32,000 nt of DNA, taken from sequence record CP044582.1; one strand, given 5' to 3'. The notes below the pieces were generated by a model, which was given only the letters and a program-made list of their open reading frames with translations, did no database searches and was not told the origin of the DNA. This document shows, one piece after another, positions 8,433 to 18,342 of this stretch; the first letter of the stretch is position 1, and each line of letters opens with the position of its first letter. The translations under genes were made by a program, and so were the position numbers.

Positions 8433-9755
8433 TTAGAGTGGTAATGAATTTGGAATTAATTCCCATTTCAAATTTTTATCAAGATTTATAGATAGACCGA
8501 ATGAATTTAAAGATTTTTCTATGGATACTAAATCATTTTCCTTTAAACCAATTCTTTTAAATAATTCTAAAGGTATCGATATTAGATTTTGAAGAGTTAC
8601 GAAACCTTCTCTTCGAAGAAGTAGTTCAAGGTTAACAGGTAAATTCAAATGTTTTAAATCTAGTTTTTTCAGTAATTCAATAGTATATGAATCTACTAAA
8701 CTATCTCTAATTTTTTGTGTTAACATAAATTGAGAACTCATTTCTAATGCTAGCAAAAGATTTTTTTCACTAGCATAAACGTGTGGAAGGGGCTCTAAAA
8801 TAGTCAATGTTTCTTGTAATTCAAGGACAGCAAGTTCAATTGCGGCGGCAGGCTCTATATCTCCTCTACTAACTACAACAAATTTTAAAAACTCTTCAGT
8901 GTCAGTAACACCACGCTTAATTAATTCTTCATACTCTGATACAGACGAATTTGTTGTTTGAATAACTTCAAATCCACAAGATTGAATTGACGAGTAGATT
9001 GGATCTACAACAATGATATCAAGGGGTAGCTTTTGAGGAGGATTCAATTTAATTTTACTATCTTTTAAGTTAGTTTTAATAATATTGGAGCGCGAATCTT
9101 TTAAAGTTTTTAAATTATTTAGATTCGCTAATAGTTTTTTAGATTTTTCAACTGATAAGTTAAATTCACTATTTTGTTTTTTTAAATTTTCAGAAAAACT
9201 ATTGGTACTAGCTCCAAAGATATTATTTATATCAGCTTCTCTAAGTTTTAGTAGATTTTTATTTGTTGTTTTAACAGGATTAATAGGATCAATATGATCT
9301 GAACCTTGATTAACTTCAGGAGAACTTATCATTATATGTAAATCCAATGGATATGAACCATTTAAAGTACAAATGTATTGATAAGGATTAATAACTTCTA
9401 ATCCTTCGTCTAATTTTAAGTCTTGTGCCGTAATAATCGCTGGACCAACCTTTTGTATACGCGCTGTTCCTATATAAGGGAAAAAGGATGATTTTATATG
9501 TATTCTTTGAAGATTTAGTGAGAGTTCAAATAAATCTTCCCGTATACTATTTCCATTATTAAAATTTCCACAAGCACTTGTAATAGCTAAGGTTTTCGAA
9601 AGTGACAGTAATGTGCGTCTTAAAGCGGCTCCTATAGTAGTTCCCATTGTTTTTTTAAAGGGACCTATCCGAAATTGGAATGAAATATGCCCTGTTCTTT
9701 TATCAACAGTACGTTTTTCAATTTCAATAACTAATCTCTGTTTTTCGGTTTTCAT
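8433..9755 (-). CDS. rpoA: DNA-directed RNA polymerase alpha subunit, with a large internal low-complexity insertion
   Basis: 440-aa ORF. It has N-terminal-domain motifs (GPFKKTMGTTIGAALRRTLLS; ...LPLDIIVVDPIYSSIQSCGFEV) and an alpha-CTD-like C-terminus (ELL.KLDLKHLNLPVNLELLLRREGFVTLQNLISIP). It sits between rps11 and rpl13. Confidence 0.9.
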   Translation of the reverse strand: MKTEKQRLVIEIEKRTVDKRTGHISFQFRIGPFKKTMGTTIGAALRRTLLSLSKTLAITSACGNFNNGNSIREDLFELSLNLQRIHIKSSFFPYIGTARIQKVGPAIITAQDLKLDEGLEVINPYQYICTLNGSYPLDLHIMISSPEVNQGSDHIDPINPVKTTNKNLLKLREADINNIFGASTNSFSENLKKQNSEFNLSVEKSKKLLANLNNLKTLKDSRSNIIKTNLKDSKIKLNPPQKLPLDIIVVDPIYSSIQSCGFEVIQTTNSSVSEYEELIKRGVTDTEEFLKFVVVSRGDIEPAAAIELAVLELQETLTILEPLPHVYASEKNLLLALEMSSQFMLTQKIRDSLVDSYTIELLKKLDLKHLNLPVNLELLLRREGFVTLQNLISIPLELFKRIGLKENDLVSIEKSLNSFGLSINLDKNLKWELIPNSLPL

Positions 9756-9794
9756 GGTTAAAATATTTTAAATTTTTAAAGTTTGTGATAACTA

Positions 9795-10178
9795 TTATAC
9801 ACGTCTTCTTTTTGGAGCACGACACCCATTATGTGGAACACCAGTTTTGTCTTCAATTGAGATAATCTCTAAGCCTGTTGCATGGATACCTTTTATAGCA
9901 ATTTCACGACCGTTTCCAGGTCCATTTAAAATTACGCCAACTTTTTTTATGCCAAGTTTTAAAGCTTTAGCACTTGCATTTTTAGCTGCCATTTGTGCCG
10001 CATATTGTGTCTTTTTACGACTACCTTTAAAACCGCTGCTTCCTGCCGAAGCCCAAGTAACTACATTGCCTTTAGGATCCGTAATAGAAATAATTGTATT
10101 ATTAAAAGTAGAATGAATACATGCAAAGCCTAATGATAAATTTATCTTTCGCTTCCCTTTATTCAGCTTTTGGTTCAT
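9795..10178 (-). CDS. rps11: 30S ribosomal protein S11
   Basis: 127-aa ORF ([45 protein letters not shown]...[16 protein letters not shown]). Confidence 0.95.
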   Translation of the reverse strand: MNQKLNKGKRKINLSLGFACIHSTFNNTIISITDPKGNVVTWASAGSSGFKGSRKKTQYAAQMAAKNASAKALKLGIKKVGVILNGPGNGREIAIKGIHATGLEIISIEDKTGVPHNGCRAPKRRRV

Positions 10179-10250
10179 AGAGTTTTGTCCTAATTTTAGG
10201 TTAAAAGTACAAGTAAGTTTAATTTCTCAAAATTTAAAGGTTAAACTTAC

Positions 10251-10622
10251 CTATTTGAAGCGTCTACTTGATTGTTTACCTGCAGTCTTCTTTCTTGTTT
10301 GAGAATTCGTTCGAGTACGTTGTCCACGAAGGGGTAAACCTTGTATGTGACGTCGTCCTCGATAGCAATTGATTTCTACTAAACGTTTTATATTTAATGC
10401 AACTAAACGTTTTAAATCACTTTCAGTAGTATAACTTTTTTCAATACGCTCACGTAAGCTACTAACTTCAGTATCTGTTAAAGCTTTAGTTTTTGTTTCC
10501 GGATTGATATCAATGGAACTAAGAATTTCTTTTGATCTTGTTCGACCAATTCCATAGATATAAGTTAGTGCAATCTCTATTGATTTAGTATCGGGCAAAT
10601 CAACTCCTGCAATTCTTATCAT
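10251..10622 (-). CDS. rps13: 30S ribosomal protein S13
   Basis: 123-aa [37 protein letters not shown]...[28 protein letters not shown]. Confidence 0.95.
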   Translation of the reverse strand: MIRIAGVDLPDTKSIEIALTYIYGIGRTRSKEILSSIDINPETKTKALTDTEVSSLRERIEKSYTTESDLKRLVALNIKRLVEINCYRGRRHIQGLPLRGQRTRTNSQTRKKTAGKQSSRRFK

Positions 10623-10647
10623 AATTTTTTTTCTAGTATGGAATAAT

Positions 10648-10761
10648 TTAACCTTGTCGTTGTTTATGTTTTTTGTTTACACAAATCACTCGAATTTTAC
10701 CTGCTCGTCTTATTAAACGACACTTATCACACATTTTTTTTACTGATGGTCTTACTTTCAT
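10648..10761 (-). CDS. rpl36: 50S ribosomal protein L36
   Basis: Hand-translated 37-aa [40 protein letters not shown] (zinc-ribbon CxxC...C). It lies between secY and rps13. Confidence 0.93.
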   Translation of the reverse strand: MKVRPSVKKMCDKCRLIRRAGKIRVICVNKKHKQRQG

Positions 10762-10801
10762 TTTTTAACAGTTTTTTTATAAATATTTAAAGAAGATGAA
10801 G

Positions 10802-11959
10802 TTATGCTTTTTTTAGTCCTAAATCAAAAAGCCGATCTTCTAAATCAAGCATTGTCCCAAATAAAATAAGCAAAGAACTCAAATTTGATTTTAAGCCGAT
10901 TGTTGGATAATAATTATCCAATACATCTGAAATACCTACTAAAAGAGCTAGCATGAGACCTGCTGATAAATATGTCCTTTTTAGTTCATCTTCTAAGTAA
11001 TTTTGTGTTTCTTGACCCGGAGATTTTCTAAGAATTGTCATATTCATTGTAATAAGTTCTTTAGATACTTTATCACTATCAACTTGTAACTTAGAACAAT
11101 AATAACTAAATGTTATGATAAATACAAAGCGTAATAGACTTACAAAAATACCTATTAAAGTACTATTAATACTTAGAAATGCTAATTGGCTAAGTCCAGA
11201 TTGAATTATTCTTAACAAGGATTCTGCGGATACTAAACCCATAACTGCCCCTGGGTTTATTGCGAATGGCAATAAGCTAGGTTTAGATTGTTCAGAATAA
11301 GATTGCTTTGAGGAGAGTATTGGAAATTCAACTGTAGATTTTGAAATGAAAGTTGTAAATGCTGCTACTGCTAGAACATATAAACAAAGAATTAGTTTTG
11401 GTTTATTATCTAGATTACTAGCCTCTAAGACTAACCTTATAACATCATCAATAACACTCGTAAAAGTTAAAACAACGACAGATCCACTTATTGAAAAGGA
11501 CTCAGAGACCCATTCGCTAATCCAGATCAATACCAATCCACCCGTTATTAAAGTCGTACCTAAAATAAATTTACTCATTAAAGTGTAACTATACATAACC
11601 GGTGAAAGTGTCCTCACTTGGGCAATACTGATAAGTACTGCAATGCAGGCACTAACAATTTTTACCTGTTTTTGAATTTTTTGATACTTGTCAAAATCAT
11701 CATCTTCAGATTTAGGTTTCACACTATTGAATACTTGGACAAGCAAAGAGGCTTGAACTAAAGGTAAAATACCTAAGGCTAAAAAACAGGGTCTATTTGA
11801 TACGGGTAATAAGGAATAATCAATACACGGAAGAGGTATTTTAGATAAGAAACGAAGACAGGCACCTAGAACAAATAAAGAGAGTACTCTATCCTGTGCG
11901 GATTTTCTAAGCTTTTCGGCAGAGAACATATTTGCTAGCATGGTGCTAAGTTTATTCAT
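10802..11959 (-). CDS. secY: Preprotein translocase SecY, short and divergent
   Basis: 385-aa polytopic hydrophobic ORF in the conserved rps5-secY-rpl36 slot. It carries a TM2-like motif ALGILPLVQASLLVQVF and multiple predicted helices. Sequence similarity to canonical SecY is only moderate, judged by eye. Confidence 0.75.
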   Translation of the reverse strand: MNKLSTMLANMFSAEKLRKSAQDRVLSLFVLGACLRFLSKIPLPCIDYSLLPVSNRPCFLALGILPLVQASLLVQVFNSVKPKSEDDDFDKYQKIQKQVKIVSACIAVLISIAQVRTLSPVMYSYTLMSKFILGTTLITGGLVLIWISEWVSESFSISGSVVVLTFTSVIDDVIRLVLEASNLDNKPKLILCLYVLAVAAFTTFISKSTVEFPILSSKQSYSEQSKPSLLPFAINPGAVMGLVSAESLLRIIQSGLSQLAFLSINSTLIGIFVSLLRFVFIITFSYYCSKLQVDSDKVSKELITMNMTILRKSPGQETQNYLEDELKRTYLSAGLMLALLVGISDVLDNYYPTIGLKSNLSSLLILFGTMLDLEDRLFDLGLKKA

Positions 11960-11961
11960 TA

Positions 11962-12585
11962 CTATTGACCTTTATTTTTATTAATAAATCCTTCACCATC
12001 TCTTGGTTTACGACTACTTTTAATTTCGTTTATACTTTTAGATTGAAGTTTTATATCTTTAACTTCTTCGTAGGATTTTCGTCCTGTTAATTTTTCTAAA
12101 CTTAAACCTCTATTTTTAGCAGTTACAGTTATAAACGTTAAATTACTTAGTGCAACTAAAGTAGCACGTGCGTTATTAATCTTATTTTTAGACCTTAGTT
12201 GTTTTGCTAAAATATTTTTTATCCCAGCTGTTTCTAAAACAGTTCGTATAGCTCCACCAGCAATAACACCAGATCCGGGGGCTGCTGGTCTTAACATTAC
12301 TTGTGCAGCACCAAAACTGGCCTCACTTTTGTGTGGAATTGTTTTTGTTCGAGTCATTGCAATTTGAATACGATTTTGAATAGCTCTAGATTGACCTTTT
12401 TTAATCGCATTTAATACTTGACTTGCTTTACCAATTCCTAGACCTACTATACCTTTTTGATTCCCAACAACTATCAAAGCACGAAAATTTAATGTCTTAC
12501 CACCTTTCCCGACTTTACAGACTCTTCTAATTTCAATTACTTTATGCGTAATACTTTTTTGGTTTTCATTCTTCATGATTTTCAT
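11962..12585 (-). CDS. rps5: 30S ribosomal protein S5, with a basic C-terminal extension
   Basis: 207-aa ORF (VIEIRRVCKVGKGGKTLNFRALIVVGNQKGIVGLGIGKA..V..AI.K; RPAAPGSGVIAGGAIRTVLETAGIKNILAK). Confidence 0.92.
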   Translation of the reverse strand: MKIMKNENQKSITHKVIEIRRVCKVGKGGKTLNFRALIVVGNQKGIVGLGIGKASQVLNAIKKGQSRAIQNRIQIAMTRTKTIPHKSEASFGAAQVMLRPAAPGSGVIAGGAIRTVLETAGIKNILAKQLRSKNKINNARATLVALSNLTFITVTAKNRGLSLEKLTGRKSYEEVKDIKLQSKSINEIKSSRKPRDGEGFINKNKGQ

Positions 12586-12609
12586 ATTTCCTTTTGATTC
12601 AGGAAGTTA

Positions 12610-12924
12610 CTAAAATTGTAAGCCTACTTCTCTAGCACCTTCAGCAAAAGCTTGAATCCTTCCGTGGTAAGGTCTAAAACGTCGGTCAAGAACTACATTC
12701 ATTAAATTATGGCTAATTAATGCTTGTCCAAGTTTTTCACCAACTAAACGGGCCGCTTTACAATTTTGACCTGTTGTAATCAAAGGTTTTATAGATGGAT
12801 CCAAAGTTGAACATGCAAATAACGTTTTTTGATTCTGATCATCAATTACCTGAGCATATAGATGACGATTTGATCTAAAAACAGCAAGACGTGGACGTTC
12901 AGGATTTCCTTTTATCTTTTTCAT
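12610..12924 (-). CDS. rpl18: 50S ribosomal protein L18
   Basis: 104-aa ORF (PRLAVFRSNRHLYAQVIDD...DRRFRPYHGRIQAFAEGAREVGLQF). Confidence 0.9.
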   Translation of the reverse strand: MKKIKGNPERPRLAVFRSNRHLYAQVIDDQNQKTLFACSTLDPSIKPLITTGQNCKAARLVGEKLGQALISHNLMNVVLDRRFRPYHGRIQAFAEGAREVGLQF

Positions 12925-12925
12925 A

Positions 12926-13468
12926 CTATTTACTAGATTTTCCTACTTTTCTTTGAATAACTTCGCCTTGGTATAGAACTCCTTTACCTTTGTACGGCTC
13001 TGGTGGTCGTTTTGACCTAATTTGTTGGGCGATTAAACCAACCTTTTCTTTGTTAACACCACTAATTTTTATAATAGTGTTACTTTCAACACTAATTTGA
13101 ATACCTTCTGGTGCTTCAATTTTAATTGGATGAGTATAACCTAACGATAAATTTAGGGTTGTTTTATCCATGTTCGCTTTATAACCAACACCTTTCAGTT
13201 CTAAAACTTTTGTAAATCCCGCCGAGCTACCAATTACCATATTAGAAAGTAATGATCTGAAAAGACCATGAACTTCACGTGATCTAATGTCCTCAGCTTT
13301 TCTAAAAATTTGTAAAGTATTTTGATCCTTACTAAAAACGACATTTAAGCAACTCGGAATATCACGAGCTATTTCACCTTTTGGACCTTTTACCTTTACA
13401 TTTAATTCCGTCAATTGAATATTAACACCTGCAGGTATTTTAATAATCTGTTTGCCTATTCTTGACAT
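12926..13468 (-). CDS. rpl6: 50S ribosomal protein L6
   Basis: 180-aa ORF MSRIGKQIIKIPAGVNIQL....VKVKGPKGE....GYTHPIKIEAPEGI....RSKRPPEPYKGKGV.Y.GE. Confidence 0.93.
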   Translation of the reverse strand: MSRIGKQIIKIPAGVNIQLTELNVKVKGPKGEIARDIPSCLNVVFSKDQNTLQIFRKAEDIRSREVHGLFRSLLSNMVIGSSAGFTKVLELKGVGYKANMDKTTLNLSLGYTHPIKIEAPEGIQISVESNTIIKISGVNKEKVGLIAQQIRSKRPPEPYKGKGVLYQGEVIQRKVGKSSK

Positions 13469-13480
13469 AATGTTATTTCC

Positions 13481-13879
13481 TTACCATACGTAACATAATA
13501 ATTCACCCCCAATACCAAGTTCTTTAGCTTGAATATTTGTAATAATACCTTGTGATGTAGATAGAATAGCTATCCCCTGCCCACCTAACACAATTGGTAT
13601 TTGATTATTACTTACATAAACTCTTAACCCTGGTTTACTAACTCGTTTTAAACCCCTTATTAGTGGACGAGTCGGATTAGCTGAGTATTTTAAATATATA
13701 AATATATAACGACGTCCTTCTTTTACGACAGTTTCATATTGGCTAATAAAACCCTCTGTGCGTAGTAAACGCGTTATATGATAAGTCATGCGAGTAGAGT
13801 CAATTTTAACTACTTTATGACCAACAAGATTCCCGTTTCTAATTCGGGTTAACATATCAGATATTGTATCAGTTTTCAT
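13481..13879 (-). CDS. rps8: 30S ribosomal protein S8
   Basis: 132-aa ORF (DTISDMLTRIRNGNLVGH..V...STRMTYHITRLLRTEGFI.....ILSTSQGIITN..AKELGIGGELLCYVW). Confidence 0.93.
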   Translation of the reverse strand: MKTDTISDMLTRIRNGNLVGHKVVKIDSTRMTYHITRLLRTEGFISQYETVVKEGRRYIFIYLKYSANPTRPLIRGLKRVSKPGLRVYVSNNQIPIVLGGQGIAILSTSQGIITNIQAKELGIGGELLCYVW

Positions 13880-13884
13880 ATTTC

Positions 13885-14439
13885 TTATACGTTAGATGGT
13901 TTTCTAAAAGGGAATCCAAATTCTTGTAATAATAAACGCCCTTCTTCTGGTGTCTTTGCACTTGTAACAATCGATATGTTATATCCTCTAATTTGATCAA
14001 TCATGTTATAATCAATATCTGGAAAAACTAACTGTTCACGAATTCCTAAATTATAGTTACCATTTTCATCAAAACTATCAGGATTAAGACCTCTAAAATC
14101 TTTTATTCTTGGGAAGACTAAGTGAATTAATTTTTCAAGAAAAGCATACATTAAGTCACTTCTTAATGTTACTGTAACTCCTAAATCCATACCTTCACGT
14201 GTTTTAAACCCAGCAATAGAATTTTTTGCTTTTGTTATAATCGGCTGTTGCCCGGTTATAAGTCTTATTTCTTCAATCGTTTTTTGAAGAACCATTCTGT
14301 TTTGTGCACCTAGACCTAATCCTCGGTTTAACTGGATTTTTACCAATTTTGGTATTTTATGATCATTGGTATATTGAAACTTTTCTTTTAATGTAGACTT
14401 AATGCGAGTTTGATAAATTTTTTTATATTCATGCGTCAT
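13885..14439 (-). CDS. rpl5: 50S ribosomal protein L5
   Basis: 184-aa ORF (PKLVKIQLNRGLG......AKNSIAGFKTREGMDLGVTVTLR...MY.FLEKLI....PRI.DFRG). Confidence 0.95.
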   Translation of the reverse strand: MTHEYKKIYQTRIKSTLKEKFQYTNDHKIPKLVKIQLNRGLGLGAQNRMVLQKTIEEIRLITGQQPIITKAKNSIAGFKTREGMDLGVTVTLRSDLMYAFLEKLIHLVFPRIKDFRGLNPDSFDENGNYNLGIREQLVFPDIDYNMIDQIRGYNISIVTSAKTPEEGRLLLQEFGFPFRKPSNV

Positions 14440-14480
14440 ATTTTTAACCTAGTGTTTATGAACAAATTTTGTATTAGAAA

Positions 14481-14846
14481 TTAAACTACTTCAAAAGCTA
14501 GAGAAGCTATTTTTACAAAATTTTTTTCTCTAATTTCACGAGCTACTGGACCAAATACTCTTGTTCCCCTAGGATTATTGTCGGTATTTATAATTACTGC
14601 TGCATTATCATCAAAACGAAGAGACATTCCATCAGCCCGTTGTACTGGTTGACGTGTTCTCACTATAACAGCACGAACAATATCTGATCTTTTAATTGGC
14701 ATATTTGGGACCGCCTCTTTAACTACACCAATAATAATATCTCCAATCCTACCGTATCTACGATTGCTCCCTAACACTCGTATACACATTAATTTCTTTG
14801 CTCCAGTGTTGTCAACAACACTTAGATATGTTTGAGGTTGAATCAT
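14481..14846 (-). CDS. rpl14: 50S ribosomal protein L14
   Basis: 121-aa [29 protein letters not shown]...[28 protein letters not shown]. Confidence 0.97.
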   Translation of the reverse strand: MIQPQTYLSVVDNTGAKKLMCIRVLGSNRRYGRIGDIIIGVVKEAVPNMPIKRSDIVRAVIVRTRQPVQRADGMSLRFDDNAAVIINTDNNPRGTRVFGPVAREIREKNFVKIASLAFEVV

Positions 14847-15106
14847 AATTCTATATTCCCTACATTAGAATTAAGTAAAATACGTTCTAATTTCCAAGAT
14901 TTATTTTTACTTAAAGGTCGTGTTTGTGTAATAACTATTTTGTCACCAAGTTTAGCAGCATTATCCTCATCATGAACAAGATAACGTTTTGTTTTAACCA
15001 TGGTTTTTGCATAACGAGGGTGACGGAACTTGTTTTCAACAAGTACAACAATTGTTTTTTGCATTTTAGTACTTACTACAATGCCAAACTTTTCTTTCAG
15101 GCCCAT
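14843..15106 (-). CDS. rps17: 30S ribosomal protein S17
   Basis: 87-aa ORF (G.VVS.KM.KTIVV.VEN...HP.Y.K.....KRY.VHDE.N....GD.V.I...RPLSK.K.W). There is a 4-nt ATGA overlap with the rpl14 start. Confidence 0.92.
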   Translation of the reverse strand: MGLKEKFGIVVSTKMQKTIVVLVENKFRHPRYAKTMVKTKRYLVHDEDNAAKLGDKIVITQTRPLSKNKSWKLERILLNSNVGNIEL

Positions 15107-15175
15107 ATTTATGAGTTTTAATTTTTTGTAATTTTTTAATCTAACTTTTTTCTTAAAAAAGCTTAAATTTTGTAA

Positions 15176-15391
15176 TTATTTTGCACGGATAGAACTTGTT
15201 TGTAGCGAACGTTTGCGCGTTAATAATTGAGAGATTTGATGTCTTGTATGAGTCATCAAATGTGGAGAAAAACGTGAGAAATTAGCTTTTTGTATTCGTA
15301 GAAATAAAAGTTCTTTTTTAGCTTTTACTAATTGAATTTCAATTTCAGCTAGCTCATAATCTTTTAAATCTTTATATTTTGGTAAACTCAT
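15176..15391 (-). CDS. rpl29: 50S ribosomal protein L29
   Basis: I used the ATG at 15391 (MSLPKYKDLKDYELAEIEIQLVKAKKELLFLRIQKA...). The tracked ORF begins at an upstream GTG (15415) that would overlap rpl16. It lies between rpl16 and rps17. Confidence 0.85.
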   Translation of the reverse strand: MSLPKYKDLKDYELAEIEIQLVKAKKELLFLRIQKANFSRFSPHLMTHTRHQISQLLTRKRSLQTSSIRAK

Positions 15392-15395
15392 ATTT

Positions 15396-15812
15396 TTATG
15401 TAATCTCCTTAGCACTAATTAGTTTTGTTCGAATTGGTAATTTATAAGAGGCCATTCGGAGTGCTTGTTGGGCAACATTATCAGGAACTCCTGATAATTC
15501 AAAAAGAACTTTACCTGGTTTAACGACAGCTACCCAATATTGAGGTGCACCTTTACCGGATCCCATACGAGATTCTTCTGCACGGGCTGTTATGGGTTTA
15601 TCAGGAAAAACCATAATCCATAATTTACCACCTCGTTTTGTATAACGGGTGATTGTTCTTCTTGTTGCTTCAATCTGTCTTGCAGTTAACCATACAGGTT
15701 CTTGAGCTTGTAAACCAAATTCACCAAAAACTAAGTGTTTTTTTTGTATAGTTCTTCCACGTAAGCGACCTCGTTGTTGTTTACGAAATTTTGTTCGTTT
15801 TGGACTTAGCAT
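15396..15812 (-). CDS. rpl16: 50S ribosomal protein L16
   Basis: 138-aa [22 protein letters not shown]......[38 protein letters not shown]....E.RMGSGKG.P. Confidence 0.97.
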   Translation of the reverse strand: MLSPKRTKFRKQQRGRLRGRTIQKKHLVFGEFGLQAQEPVWLTARQIEATRRTITRYTKRGGKLWIMVFPDKPITARAEESRMGSGKGAPQYWVAVVKPGKVLFELSGVPDNVAQQALRMASYKLPIRTKLISAKEIT

Positions 15813-15873
15813 ATTTTTTTTTTTGGTCTGTAATTAAAATATAAAACTTAAAGTTAAAATTTTTAATTGTACT

Positions 15874-16557
15874 TTATCCTTTACACATCCAAATTTTGAT
15901 ACCTAATATACCATAGATTGTATGTGCTCTTCCAGTTGCGTAGTCCAATTTTGCTTGCAAGGTATGAAGTGGTACTCTTCCTTCGCGTACCCATTCTGTT
16001 CTTGCAATTTCTGCTCCATTTAATCGACCAGCAACTTGAACTTTCATACCTTTTTGTCTTGGATCCAACTTAGCTTGCTTAGCCCCTTTCTTGAAGTCAC
16101 TTAAAATTGTTCTTACAGCTCTTCGAAATGGCATTCTTTTTTCTAATTTTTTAGCTAAAGATTGTGCAATAAAACCAGCATTTATGTTAGGATATTTAAC
16201 TTTCTTTAAAACAATAACTAAATTTCTTTTATTTAGTTGTTTTCCTAGTGACTCTGACAGTCTTATTTTATATGGTAAATTTTTAAGATCAGAAATTAGA
16301 ATTTCTGGATTTACAGTATAAATAGTTAGATGAATCTGATCACGTGTTGGTGGATAGGTAATCAATAAATTAGTACGATCAGTTACTTCGTCTAATTGCT
16401 TTTTACTTATTTCTTTAAGCAAATTTGACCATATATTTCTTAATTCATCGTCGGCTTTTAACTGTTCACTATAATCTGAAAATTTTGCATACCACTTTGA
16501 CTTGTGTTCTTCGGTAATTCCTAATCGGAAGCCGATAGGATGAACTTTTTGACCCAA
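15874..16557 (-). CDS. rps3: 30S ribosomal protein S3, apparent TTG (or ATT) initiation
   Basis: 227-aa ORF whose first residues (M)GQKVHPIGFRLG match the invariant S3 N-terminus. The codon at 16557-16555 is TTG. There is no in-frame ATG between it and the upstream in-frame TAG (16581-16579), and AAGGAGAG lies just upstream. Confidence 0.93.
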   Translation of the reverse strand: MGQKVHPIGFRLGITEEHKSKWYAKFSDYSEQLKADDELRNIWSNLLKEISKKQLDEVTDRTNLLITYPPTRDQIHLTIYTVNPEILISDLKNLPYKIRLSESLGKQLNKRNLVIVLKKVKYPNINAGFIAQSLAKKLEKRMPFRRAVRTILSDFKKGAKQAKLDPRQKGMKVQVAGRLNGAEIARTEWVREGRVPLHTLQAKLDYATGRAHTIYGILGIKIWMCKG

Positions 16558-16624
16558 AATATCTCTCCTTATTATTGACTAGTCGTGTTAAATCTTTTTA
16601 TATAATTTTTTGTTTTATTAGTTG

Positions 16625-17089
16625 CTAACCTATGGAAACAGGTAAAAAATTACCTTTTACATCATTTTCATATCGTGAGAAAGTTGAGCGAACAACAATT
16701 GATATATGTGATGTACGTTTTCTGATTGGGAACATTCTACCTTTTGCACGTGGTCGTATACGTTTCATTGTAGGACCTTTATCTACGAAAGCTTTCTCTA
16801 TTTGTAGATAAGAACGTGGGATAGAGTAATTACTTAAAGCATTTGCGGCTGCAGATTTTAAAACTTTTGCAACTGGGTGGCATGCACGATATGGAAGAAA
16901 ACGTAATAAAATTAAAGCCTCTTCATATGAACAACCCTGAATTTGTCTTAACACTCTTCTAACTTTTAGTGGGGACATTCTAATAATTTTTGCTTTAGCA
17001 GTTGCTTCTAAAGAAAATTGTTGTTCTTTTCGTTTTTGTATAGCACGCTTTGTTAAAGTTTTTAAACTTGGCTTAGACCCAAGATTCAT
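16625..17089 (-). CDS. rpl22: 50S ribosomal protein L22
   Basis: 154-aa ORF (A.AK..RMSP.KVRRVL.QI.G.SYEEAL.LL.F.PY.AC.PV.KVL.SA.ANA). Confidence 0.9.
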   Translation of the reverse strand: MNLGSKPSLKTLTKRAIQKRKEQQFSLEATAKAKIIRMSPLKVRRVLRQIQGCSYEEALILLRFLPYRACHPVAKVLKSAAANALSNYSIPRSYLQIEKAFVDKGPTMKRIRPRAKGRMFPIRKRTSHISIVVRSTFSRYENDVKGNFLPVSIG

Positions 17090-17197
17090 GGCTATCTCCT
17101 AATGTTTTAAAAATTCAAGCTTTTTATTACTTGATTGTTTACGTTTGAATTATTTTTTATAGTTTGGAAAATTTTTAAACCGTTATAAAATAAAGTT

Positions 17198-17485
17198 TTA
17201 TTTACGTTTTGCTTTTCTATCACTTGTTTTCACTTTATGTGAACGAAACGTTTTTGTAGGGACAAATTCACCTAATCGATGTCCAATTAATTGGTCATTT
17301 ATAAATAAAGGAACGTGTTGTTTTCCATTATATACAGCAATTGTGAATCCAACCATACTTGGTAAAATTACAGAAGCTCTTGACCAAGTTTTAATTGTAT
17401 CTGTTTTTGCAGTGTCTTTTAAATTATTAATTTTTTTAAACAGATGATATGCAACAAAAGGTACTTTGCGTGTTGATCTTATCAT
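17198..17485 (-). CDS. rps19: 30S ribosomal protein S19
   Basis: 95-aa ORF ([12 protein letters not shown].......[41 protein letters not shown]). Confidence 0.95.
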   Translation of the reverse strand: MIRSTRKVPFVAYHLFKKINNLKDTAKTDTIKTWSRASVILPSMVGFTIAVYNGKQHVPLFINDQLIGHRLGEFVPTKTFRSHKVKTSDRKAKRK

Positions 17486-17508
17486 AACTCCAATCTAATT
17501 TTTTTTAC

Positions 17509-18336
17509 TTAAGGACGTTTTCGGATAATAAAAATCGAAGTTGATTTTTTTTTGCTCCTTGTTTTGACACCTAAAGCCGGTTTACCCCAAGGAGTACAAG
17601 GATGTTTTCGACCAATTGGCGATCTACCTTCTCCACCACCATGTGGATGATCACAGGCGTTCATAACAACACCTCGAACAGTAGGTCTTGTACCTAACCA
17701 TCGTTTACGACCAGCTTTACCTAAGGTTAAGTTCATATGAGAAGCATTGCCAACCTTTCCGATAGTTGCGTAACAGTTTTTAGGTACTAAACGCACCTCC
17801 TTTGAAGGAAGTTTTAAAGTTACATAATCGCCTTCTTTTGCTAGAATTCTAGCTGAGCTGCCAGCTGAACGTGCAATTTGTCCACCTTTATTAGGAAATA
17901 ATTCGATATTGTGAACATCATAACCTAATGGAATATTCTCTAGGGGTAATGAATTTCCTATATTTAAGCTTGAATTTGGTCCTGACTCAATTTGATTTCC
18001 AGTTATAACTGACTCAGGCTGTAAAATATATCTTTTATCCCCATCTTCATATTGAACTAATGCAATTCTTGCGTTACGATTTGGATCGTATTCAATACTT
18101 ATGATTCTACCAAGTAAATTTCTTTTATTACGTTTAAAATCAATTAATCTATAGCGGCGTTTGTGACCACCACCTCGATGCCTAATAGTAATCTTACCTT
18201 GGTTATTTCTTCCTTTTGAAGAATGAGAACTTGTGATTAAAGATTTTGTAGGTTTTGTACCTGTTAATTCTTTAAAATCAGGTCGAACAGCATGTCGTGT
18301 TCCGGGTGTATACGCTTTAAAAAATAAAATTCCCAT
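17509..18336 (-). CDS. rpl2: 50S ribosomal protein L2
   Basis: 275-aa ORF ([23 protein letters not shown]...G....[12 protein letters not shown]......[31 protein letters not shown]). Confidence 0.97.
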   Translation of the reverse strand: MGILFFKAYTPGTRHAVRPDFKELTGTKPTKSLITSSHSSKGRNNQGKITIRHRGGGHKRRYRLIDFKRNKRNLLGRIISIEYDPNRNARIALVQYEDGDKRYILQPESVITGNQIESGPNSSLNIGNSLPLENIPLGYDVHNIELFPNKGGQIARSAGSSARILAKEGDYVTLKLPSKEVRLVPKNCYATIGKVGNASHMNLTLGKAGRKRWLGTRPTVRGVVMNACDHPHGGGEGRSPIGRKHPCTPWGKPALGVKTRSKKKSTSIFIIRKRP

Positions 18337-18342
18337 AATTTT

